DNA from: Promethearchaeota archaeon
GTDB lineage: Archaea > Asgardarchaeota > Lokiarchaeia > Sigyniarchaeales > SOKP01
Reading direction: 5' to 3'
NCBI GenBank assembly: GCA_019058445.1
Contig: JAHPZA010000004.1
Coordinates: 290,084 to 354,083, forward strand
DNA length: 64,000 bases
Numbering within the stretch: the first letter of the stretch is position 1; each line of letters starts with the position of its first letter. The notes under the pieces were generated by a model that ran no database searches, was not told the origin of the DNA, and saw only the letters and a list, made by a program, of their open reading frames with translations. Both the position numbers and the translations under genes were made by a program. Shown piece by piece: positions 32,887 through 41,012 of this stretch.

Positions 32887-34254
32887 TTATTTACAATTTT
32901 CATGTTCATGATCATTTTTATGCCAACAAAACGGGAGAGCCGCTAAAAAATCACCAGTTACGTTTTCAGCATGGACCCTACAGCCCCCACCACATAAATC
33001 AAGATGATGACAAGTTGAACATTTCCCTTTTATTTTTCTATCTCTAATTTTTTTAAACATTTCGGTTTCCATAATCTCATCCCAACTTTGCTCAAGAATG
33101 TTGCCTAAGGTTAATTCAGAGGGATAATCGCAAGGGAATACATCTCCATTGGTATCAATCCCAGAAATTGAGCGGCAGGCTTGGCATCCTGTGCCCCATT
33201 CGATCGCAGTCCTTTCCTCATCATTTATAGGACACTCCATGAATGGCACCATATCCCATGTATAGAATTTATTAAGAGCCGATGCTTCTCCTTTTCTGAT
33301 GGCTTCTATAGCGTTTTTATATTTGAAATCATAGAATTGTCGATATTCATCCATACTTAAGCCGATTTCGTCCCAATTTAAATCCGCCGAACGTTGTTTG
33401 ATCAGGGGTCTGTAAAAGGGAATTACGCCCTTAGAATCAAAATATTTTTTTAAGTCTTCTAATTCATCGAAGTTCTCTTTTTGTGCAGTTACATTAGCAA
33501 TGGTAAAAAGCCCATATTTTGAAGCTAAATTTAGGGCTTTTTCCGCCGCCTCGTATGCTTTTGGATGCCCTCTAATTTTTGCAGCCCGTTTAGGATCTGT
33601 ACTATCATAACTAATAAAAACATGGCTCATCTTAACATCTGCGCATAATTTCGCCAGTTCTTCATTAAATAAAATTCCATTAGTTGCAAGTGCTTGATAA
33701 TAGCCCTTTTCACCGCAATATTTTATTAAATCTTTAAGATCTTTACGAATAGTAGGTTCTCCTCCAAACCATATATAACAACCTCGACGACCGCGTTTTC
33801 GTAAGCTGAGTTCAAGATCCTCAATAATTTCAATCCATGTTTCCGTGGGAAATTCTGGACGTTTCTCCATTACTGCGGCAGCACAATGAAGACAATTTTG
33901 GTTGCATCGATCTGTGAGATATAAAGTGAAATGATATACTCCTGGTAAAAATGCACCACTAATTTCTTCCCAAGTACGAGTATAATTTTTCCTAATTTCT
34001 GACAATTTGATATATCGTTTTGTATCAATTCCTAATTTTTTCAAATCTTGGACAACTGTTGGTTGAAACGCCTCGGGAGTTATTTCAAATAGCGCGGATA
34101 ATAGATCATCCTTGCTTACATAACCAGAATTCCTAAGTCGTGCTGTTTTCTCAGCTGCTTCACGCAACATAGGTTTTACAGCCGCACGAAATGCTTCAGG
34201 TACTTGTTCTGTGATGGTTCCATACATTTCTTCAATATCTTCTTTCCATTCCAT
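32887..34254 (-). CDS. radical SAM/SPASM protein with N-terminal PCP_red/DUF2621-like domain
   Basis: CNQNCLHC, FGGEP, CQAC...GDVFPC...CSTCHHLDLCGGGCR. ATG 34254 follows the SD GGTGA. Confidence 0.92.
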   Translation of the reverse strand: MEWKEDIEEMYGTITEQVPEAFRAAVKPMLREAAEKTARLRNSGYVSKDDLLSALFEITPEAFQPTVVQDLKKLGIDTKRYIKLSEIRKNYTRTWEEISGAFLPGVYHFTLYLTDRCNQNCLHCAAAVMEKRPEFPTETWIEIIEDLELSLRKRGRRGCYIWFGGEPTIRKDLKDLIKYCGEKGYYQALATNGILFNEELAKLCADVKMSHVFISYDSTDPKRAAKIRGHPKAYEAAEKALNLASKYGLFTIANVTAQKENFDELEDLKKYFDSKGVIPFYRPLIKQRSADLNWDEIGLSMDEYRQFYDFKYKNAIEAIRKGEASALNKFYTWDMVPFMECPINDEERTAIEWGTGCQACRSISGIDTNGDVFPCDYPSELTLGNILEQSWDEIMETEMFKKIRDRKIKGKCSTCHHLDLCGGGCRVHAENVTGDFLAALPFCWHKNDHEHENCK

Positions 34255-35310
34255 ACTTTTCACCTTAATTTTTCCTTTTTTTTGAACTTAATTATTTATT
34301 GAATTAAATAATAATACTATTTTATATTCAGAAGAATTACATTTTTTTTTCATTTTTGTATCCTCCCGTGTGATAGACTCATGAATATTAGGAGAAGTAT
34401 TAGTATTGGGAGGAAGACAACGTTTTTTTAAACCATAAATAAGGATTATTATAAAAACCAAACACAAATAAAATTTTTGTTGAAAATTAGAGATGTTGTG
34501 AAGTTTTAAATAGAATTTGTTATGCCGTGTAATGCGGATATAACTTTTGTTATTTCCATAATAGTTAGAGAGATTATTAATTCTTTTACTTAAAATCCAT
34601 TTTTTTCCTATTTTAATATTTAGAGATCTATTATTGCCTGTTGACAAATCCTCTAATTCAATTGCACTCTCAGGTTCGTTGGACTGACTTCGTAATTCTG
34701 CATTGTTTCTAAGATAGAGATCTAAAAAAGTAAACGTTCCTAAGTCATTCTTTAAGCACACATTTTTAACATAGTGATAAACACTAGAATCAATATGGAT
34801 AATTATGCTAATAATAATGAAGATATCAATTAACTGACCAATAGTTAGATGAATGAATTGATATTTTTCAGGTAAAAACCAGAAAAGGTTAATGTTAGGT
34901 ATAACTGGAAAAAAAAAAGAATTCCCTGATGTAAAATATTTCTCTAAAAAAGAAATTAAAACAGGAATATCCTTTAAAATCATGTAAATTATAGAAACTA
35001 AGAAAAAGGATGTAATAAAGATTAAAATCAAAATAACTTTTAATTTTTCAAGTTTATGATAATTTTTCATGTCTTTAACGCTCTACTTTCAACGAAATTT
35101 TAGATGAGTTTTACTTTTAAAGAATAATGTTTCAATATCTTGGTTAAATAAATTTGCAATTAATTAACTATTTATTATTATTGCTTTTTGAATTTTTTCA
35201 TCTATAATTGTCATTTTTGTAAGAAATAGTCCAATATAATTAAATTATGGTTAAAAAAGTGTAAGAATAAAAAAAATTAAAGGCTATATTATGTATAAAA
35301 TTTAATTATT
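34143..35310 (-). repeat. copy A of a ~1.17-kb diverged inverted duplication
   Basis: The reverse complement aligns by eye with 39780-40949, covering the upstream region, the 260-aa ORF and the first ~37 codons of the radical SAM gene. Confidence 0.9.
34288..35070 (-). CDS. uncharacterised 260-aa membrane protein, first gene of the operon (copy 1)
   Basis: Three hydrophobic segments; a full-length paralogue of identical length lies at 40021-40803. Confidence 0.6.
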   Translation of the reverse strand: MKNYHKLEKLKVILILIFITSFFLVSIIYMILKDIPVLISFLEKYFTSGNSFFFPVIPNINLFWFLPEKYQFIHLTIGQLIDIFIIISIIIHIDSSVYHYVKNVCLKNDLGTFTFLDLYLRNNAELRSQSNEPESAIELEDLSTGNNRSLNIKIGKKWILSKRINNLSNYYGNNKSYIRITRHNKFYLKLHNISNFQQKFYLCLVFIIILIYGLKKRCLPPNTNTSPNIHESITREDTKMKKKCNSSEYKIVLLFNSINN

Positions 35311-35343
35311 TTTTATTTTGTCTATGAGCTTAATCTTATAAAA

Positions 35344-36765
35344 TTGGAGGAGTCATGTTTGCGAATATTACTTATTAATCCAAATTATCCTAATGTTTTC
35401 ACATATGGGCCACAAGCAAGCATTCTCTTTCCCCCTTTAGGATTAGAATATATAGCAGCGTATATCGAAGATATTGCTGAAGTTCGTTTGCTCGACAATC
35501 GATTAAAAACAGGAAACTTAAGAATCATTGAAAAAACGCTGGAACAATTCCAACCAGATTATACAGGGATTAGTTGTAATTATTCATCTCAGATTAATAT
35601 TGCTTTGGGGATTGCAAATATTGCTAAAAAATGGGGTTCCCGAACTATTCTTGGAGGATGGCATCCTACACTAGTACCTGATGAAACTCTCGAACATTCC
35701 TCAGTGGATATAGTTATTAGAGGGGAAGGCGAATTGACTTTTCGGGAACTCATCCAAAAAAATAGCCCTATTGGAATCCAAGGTTTATCCTACAAGCAAA
35801 ATGGAAAGCAAATGCACAATCCTGATCGTGATTTAATGGATTTAAAACAGATTCGATGCCCTGACCGAGGCATTCGATTGTGTAGCGCAAATAAAACATA
35901 TAATTTCTTCGGATTTCCTGTAGAATGCATTGAGACTACCCGAGGCTGCCCTTACTCTTGTACATTTTGCTGCATCCACCATTTCTATAGGAATACATAT
36001 CGAAAACGCAAAGTTGAACACGTTATAACGGAATTAAATTCTAACGAGATACGAAATCGTGCTAGTCATATCTTCATTGTGGATGATAATTTTGTGGTAG
36101 ATCAAAAATTTGTCGCAGAGTTATGCGACGGTATAATCCAAACTGGCATCAATAAGTATTTTATGGCACAGGCACGCGTTGATATGATTGTTCATCATCC
36201 CGAAATTTTCAAGAAGATGGCTGATGCAGGATTTATTTATCTTTTTTTAGGTCTGGAAAGTTTTTCAGATCGCATCTTAAAGAAATTAAATAAACGTATT
36301 AAGTTTCAAGAAATTAAGTCAGCTTTGAGGATAGCTCATGATTATGGTTATGTTGTCCAAGGAAATATAATATTGGGTGCCGATCTCGAAGATACAAACA
36401 GAGATCTCCAATCTGTAATTGATATTACTAAAATTTTAGATATAGATTTCCCTACCTTCTCTATGCTGACACCTCTTCCTGGAACGAGCTTGATGGAAGA
36501 AGTAATGGAAAGAAACCTCTTACTCACTAATGAGTGGCATAACTTCAACTGGTCAGTTCCCGTTATTAAATATCCTAATCTATCAGCAAAAGAAATGAGT
36601 GATTATTTAGCCATGGCCTATGAAAAAACCTTTACCTTTAAAAGAGCTCAATTAGGATTAAAAAGGTTGGTTTTTGATCGAGGCGTAAAATTTCACATGT
36701 CTCGAATGAAACTCAATGATCTTATAAAAATAAGCGCTCACATGCTTAAAAATCTATGCAGATAA
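35344..36765 (+). CDS. cobalamin-binding radical SAM protein
   Basis: PPLGLEYIAAY, GGWHPT, RGEGE, RGCPYSCTFC, VDDNF and LGLES. Confidence 0.93.
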   Translation: MEESCLRILLINPNYPNVFTYGPQASILFPPLGLEYIAAYIEDIAEVRLLDNRLKTGNLRIIEKTLEQFQPDYTGISCNYSSQINIALGIANIAKKWGSRTILGGWHPTLVPDETLEHSSVDIVIRGEGELTFRELIQKNSPIGIQGLSYKQNGKQMHNPDRDLMDLKQIRCPDRGIRLCSANKTYNFFGFPVECIETTRGCPYSCTFCCIHHFYRNTYRKRKVEHVITELNSNEIRNRASHIFIVDDNFVVDQKFVAELCDGIIQTGINKYFMAQARVDMIVHHPEIFKKMADAGFIYLFLGLESFSDRILKKLNKRIKFQEIKSALRIAHDYGYVVQGNIILGADLEDTNRDLQSVIDITKILDIDFPTFSMLTPLPGTSLMEEVMERNLLLTNEWHNFNWSVPVIKYPNLSAKEMSDYLAMAYEKTFTFKRAQLGLKRLVFDRGVKFHMSRMKLNDLIKISAHMLKNLCR

Positions 36766-36841
36766 CTTTCCAATTTTAATTTCTTATGCATTGGGCAATT
36801 GTTATCAGTTTATCCTTTTAAATAACTCAATCATTAAACTT

Positions 36842-38329
36842 TTACTTTTCTTTCATTTTGGAATCTTTTGAGCCTGTAGTTAAAAACATGGGAGCAGTAG
36901 TTAAAAACAATAACATATTTGCATTTTTGATAGAAACTTTAGAAAAATTCTCAGTGTCATAATTTATTACATTATAGAAAAAGGATATTTTTGCTCTTTT
37001 AAAAATTTCGACGATCTCGAGAAAAGACTTATAGTTTAGTTTAATACCGAATGTTTCAGGAGATTCGTGTGCTGGAGAACCAGGAAAAATATGATAGGGT
37101 TCACTCATAATGGTTATTGGTTTGAAATTTGATGGGCCATATTTTAAAAGACATTTAGCTCCAAAATTAAAATCTTTAAGAACATCTATCCGTTTTTGAA
37201 ATGGAAATCCTATAGTTAGCCAAATTCGTAGGGGGATTTGATATAAATTTGCATGTTTTATTAAAGTATTAATTTGACTTTTAGGAAAGCGAAATGTTGG
37301 GTCACACACTTTAGCTATTTTTTGGTGAACACGCGAGGATAATGTGCGAGGAGAAATGCTGATTGAGGAATATTTACGAGTAAATGTTTTGTGAAATATT
37401 TTCCACATCTCTTTAGGAAACGGTAACCTCCATATCTCTAAATCTCCGCTAATCTCAAATTTTTCTTTTTGAATTAAACCAAATAATCTTTTCCAATATT
37501 TTAAACTCGCTGGATATGTACCATGCCCGAAAAATAGGCTTTCGATTTTATACTTGCTAAGAAGATAACTAATATCTTCTACTACATTATTTGGATTTCT
37601 AAGTAAGACCTTATTTCGTCCAGAATTCCTCTGCTGAGCTCTTTGACCTCCTCCACAATACGGGCAATTATAAGGACATCCTCTTCCAATAGGGAGATTG
37701 TAAGAGATTCCCATAATTTTTCTGCTGTATTCGACATATTTTTTCGCATTCAGAAGTGATGATAAGTTTGAAAAATTTAATGTATCCAGAGACTTCGCAA
37801 TATATGAAAGAGAATTTACTTTAATGTGTTTAGATGAATCCCGATAAGTTAAATTGGGAACAGAATCTAAAGGTAGGTTTTGATTAACCTTTTTTATAAA
37901 TTTTAGAAGAGGAACTTCACCTTCTCCTCTAATAATTCCATCAATTACGCTATAATATTTTAAGATTTGATCATGATAGTATGAAGCACTAAAACCCCCA
38001 AGAATCACTTTTACATGAGGTTTTATCTTTTTTACAATTTTAGCAATTTCGATGGCGCCATGTGCATTATGAATCCAATGTAAATCGATTGCACATGCAT
38101 TAAAATCAATATTTTTAAGATAATCAGACAAATTCCAATTACGATTTAAATATTTTTCAAAGGGATAATTTACTATTTTAACCCCAAAGCCTTCCCTCTC
38201 AAGGAAATCGGAAATAGCAAAAATACCCATTGGAATAAAAATATATTCCCCACGTTTAAATCTGGCATGTTTATTATGGGGATTTAACACTCTAGGAGGG
38301 TGTATGAACAGGATATCGAAGTTTTTCAA
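36842..38329 (-). CDS. cobalamin-binding radical SAM protein (paralogue of 42437)
   Basis: DILFIHPP, AIDLHW, RGEGE and RGCPYNCPYCGG. Confidence 0.9.
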   Translation of the reverse strand: MKNFDILFIHPPRVLNPHNKHARFKRGEYIFIPMGIFAISDFLEREGFGVKIVNYPFEKYLNRNWNLSDYLKNIDFNACAIDLHWIHNAHGAIEIAKIVKKIKPHVKVILGGFSASYYHDQILKYYSVIDGIIRGEGEVPLLKFIKKVNQNLPLDSVPNLTYRDSSKHIKVNSLSYIAKSLDTLNFSNLSSLLNAKKYVEYSRKIMGISYNLPIGRGCPYNCPYCGGGQRAQQRNSGRNKVLLRNPNNVVEDISYLLSKYKIESLFFGHGTYPASLKYWKRLFGLIQKEKFEISGDLEIWRLPFPKEMWKIFHKTFTRKYSSISISPRTLSSRVHQKIAKVCDPTFRFPKSQINTLIKHANLYQIPLRIWLTIGFPFQKRIDVLKDFNFGAKCLLKYGPSNFKPITIMSEPYHIFPGSPAHESPETFGIKLNYKSFLEIVEIFKRAKISFFYNVINYDTENFSKVSIKNANMLLFLTTAPMFLTTGSKDSKMKEK

Positions 38330-38542
38330 AATTAGTATTAGAATTTTTGTTTAACACAGAATATTATTAAATTATGTGTTTAAAATATATAAATTTTAAT
38401 CTCTACATATCTATTTAAGTTTTTCACTATATAATATAACAAAAAACGCTATGTGCAAAAAATTTAAATAGGTCTAAAACAAAACTTTAAAACATCAATC
38501 CCTAATGAAAAATTAAAATATATATTATAATGATAATTTTAG

Positions 38543-39484
38543 ATGGACTATATGATAGAATTAATCTTTAGAATTGTATTTCCGTTAGTGTTAGTAGGAT
38601 TTATTGTAATTATCTTCATTAGTAGTCTTTCCAATAAAAATCCACATCATACGTTTATGGATTTTGATACTTTCCTAAAAGATTGGATCAAAGATCACGG
38701 AGTAGCTCATAAGGAGGAGGAATATTTTGCACAAATGAAAAAAGATCCTTCTGGAGCACTTTATATGCCTTTGACCTACAAAGGTGCAAAAATATTCATA
38801 AAATGGGGTTTTACTCCTAACAAAGTATCTTACTTAAATCTGATTTTCTCATTTTTCATATTTTATGGTGTGATAATGGCAGGTGAAGGCCATGCCCTTG
38901 ATTTACGTTCTCAACAACCATATTATGGCATTTGGTTTTTTGCTCTTGGATTTTTGGTACTTTTTACGGGAGTTATCGATGGAATTGACGGTGCAATTGC
39001 CAGGTTATTGGATATAAAGTCAAAAAGTGGCGCTTGGCTAGATAATGTGATTGATAGGATGAGTGATATATTATTATTAGTCTGTTTAATTCCAGGCAAT
39101 TTCCTAGTATTTTTAAATTACGGACTTGATTTTACATGGATGATTTGGACTAATATTTTCTTAATATTTCTTTATGAATATATGAGAGCAAGACATGAGG
39201 GTTTAGGGTTGCTTGAAACAAAACCCTTTGCTGGTGAAAGAGTGACGCGTATATTAATAATTGGCACATGTTTTTTGATTTATGGTATTTCGAGTTTCAT
39301 GATTGTAGTAACTGATTGGATTTACCCCTCTGCTACAGTAATCTGGCTTAATTCACATTATGCTGCAACAATTTGGTGTATGCTAATTTTCCAAGTTATA
39401 TTACTAGGTATAATGGCTATATCATCCCTACAATTAGCAAGATATAGTTTTAAACAACTAAAGAAAATGGATACTACTAACTAA
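38543..39484 (+). CDS. CDP-alcohol phosphatidyltransferase family protein
   Basis: TPN and DGIDGAIAR...SKSGAWLDNVIDRMSD signature; multiple TM helices. Confidence 0.93.
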   Translation: MDYMIELIFRIVFPLVLVGFIVIIFISSLSNKNPHHTFMDFDTFLKDWIKDHGVAHKEEEYFAQMKKDPSGALYMPLTYKGAKIFIKWGFTPNKVSYLNLIFSFFIFYGVIMAGEGHALDLRSQQPYYGIWFFALGFLVLFTGVIDGIDGAIARLLDIKSKSGAWLDNVIDRMSDILLLVCLIPGNFLVFLNYGLDFTWMIWTNIFLIFLYEYMRARHEGLGLLETKPFAGERVTRILIIGTCFLIYGISSFMIVVTDWIYPSATVIWLNSHYAATIWCMLIFQVILLGIMAISSLQLARYSFKQLKKMDTTN

Positions 39485-39520
39485 ATTCTTTATTTTACAT
39501 AATTAATGAAATAAAAATCT

Positions 39521-39748
39521 TTGGAATGGGAAAAAGAGACAGAAGAACTATTTGAAGGAATAATAAATAAAATGCCTGAGGGATTTCGTCCTTCTGTAAA
39601 ACCAATAATAATTGAGGCGGCTAAAAGTAGATGTATCGAGCAAAATGGTGGTGCTCATATTAATGATACTGATGTTATTACAGGGATTTTTGATATTATT
39701 CCTGAAGCATTTAAGAGGTTAAAAAAAAATATTTTTAATTACCAATAA
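39521..39748 (+). CDS. stand-alone PCP_red/DUF2621-like domain (free copy or remnant of the N-terminus of the 31455 radical SAM)
   Basis: KMPEGFRPSVKP and DVITGIFDIIPEAFK are identical to the 31455 protein, followed by an unrelated tail; TTG start. Confidence 0.6.
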   Translation: MEWEKETEELFEGIINKMPEGFRPSVKPIIIEAAKSRCIEQNGGAHINDTDVITGIFDIIPEAFKRLKKNIFNYQ

Positions 39749-39779
39749 AATGAAAAAAAACTTCTTAACGAAGTAAAGC

Positions 39780-40949
39780 AATAATTAAATTTTATACTTA
39801 TTATAGCTTTTAGTTTCTATTATTCTTACACTTTTTTTAACAAAAATTATACTATTATTATCTCTCTTACAAAAATGACAATTAAAAGCATGAAAAAATT
39901 CAAAAAGTAATAATACTAAATAGTTAATTAATCACTAAATTTATATAACCTAAATATTAAGATATTATTCTCGAAGATAAAACTCATTTAAAACTTCATT
40001 AACATTGGAGTGTTAAAGATATGAAAAATCATAATAAACTTGAAAAATTACAAGTTATTTTGATTTTAGTCTTTATTACTTCTTTTTTCCTTGTTTCTGT
40101 CATTTACATGTTTTTAACAGATATACCCATTTTGATTTCTTTATTCGATAGATATTTTACGTCAGGAAATTCTTTTTTTTTCCCATTTATACCTAATATT
40201 AGCCTTTTATGGTTTTTGCCAGAAAAATATCAAATAATAAATCTTACTTTTGGGCAATTGGTTGATATCTTCATTATTATTAATATAATTATCCATATTG
40301 ATTCTAGCGTTTATCATTATGTTAAAAATGTGTGCCTAAATAATGATACACGTTCATTCACTTTTTTAGATCTCTATATTAGAAATAATGCTGAATTACA
40401 TAGAAAGTCCCAAAAAACCGGTAGTTCAATCGAATCAGAGGATTGGTCAATGGGCGATATTGAATATATATATATCAATACAAAAAAAAATGGATTTTTG
40501 CGTAAAAGAATCAGTAATCTCTCTAACAATCATGGAAAAAAGGAAAGTTGCGTCAACATCAAGTGGCGCAACGAATTCTGTTTAAAAACGCACAATCTTT
40601 CTAATTTTCAACAAAAATTTTACTATTACTCTGCTTTTATAATATCCTCTTTTTATGGTTTAAAATATCATTGTCTTCCTCCCAATACTAATACTTCTCC
40701 TAATCTTTATGAATCTAAAACACAGGAGGATACTGAAATGAAAAAAAAATGTAATTTTTCTGAATATAAAAAAGTATTTTTAATCAATTCAATTAATAAT
40801 TAAGTTCAAAAAAAATGGAAAAATTAAGGTGAAAAGTATGGAATGGAAAAAAAATATTGAAGAAATGTATGGAACCAACACAGAACAAGTTCCTGAAGCA
40901 TTTCGTGCGGCTGTAAAACCCATGTTGCGTGAAGCAGCTGATAAAACAG
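39780..40949 (+). repeat. copy B of the ~1.17-kb inverted duplication
   Basis: Homologous to the reverse complement of 34143-35310. Confidence 0.9.
40021..40803 (+). CDS. uncharacterised 260-aa membrane protein (copy 2)
   Basis: Paralogue of 34288-35070, sharing YFTSGNSFFFP, IHIDSSVYHYVKNVCL and CLPPNTNTSPN. Confidence 0.6.
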   Translation: MKNHNKLEKLQVILILVFITSFFLVSVIYMFLTDIPILISLFDRYFTSGNSFFFPFIPNISLLWFLPEKYQIINLTFGQLVDIFIIINIIIHIDSSVYHYVKNVCLNNDTRSFTFLDLYIRNNAELHRKSQKTGSSIESEDWSMGDIEYIYINTKKNGFLRKRISNLSNNHGKKESCVNIKWRNEFCLKTHNLSNFQQKFYYYSAFIISSFYGLKYHCLPPNTNTSPNLYESKTQEDTEMKKKCNFSEYKKVFLINSINN

Positions 40950-40981
40950 AAAAAAAGATAAAAGAGGTTTTGAGAGATTAG
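40838..40981 (+). pseudogene. 47-aa truncated copy of the radical SAM N-terminal shared domain
   Basis: MEWKKNIEEMYGTNTEQVPEAFRAAVKPMLREAADKTEKKIKEVLRD*, near-identical to the start of the 34254 gene up to the duplication breakpoint. Not in the ORF track. Confidence 0.75.
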
Positions 40982-41012
40982 TATCAAGGGAATTTTTTAT
41001 GGGTTTGTATGG

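Noticed and set aside
31455-34254. SPASM pair considered as AhbC/AhbD or NirJ heme-biosynthesis enzymes
   Set aside because: Only generic SPASM similarity is visible, there are no ahbAB, hem or cysG genes nearby, and the operon context points to prenyl-aromatic chemistry. Not fully excluded without a phylogeny.
34143-40949. Inverted duplication considered as a composite transposon
   Set aside because: The repeated ORF is a hydrophobic protein with no transposase motifs, I saw no terminal repeats or target duplication, and the repeat ends inside a host gene.
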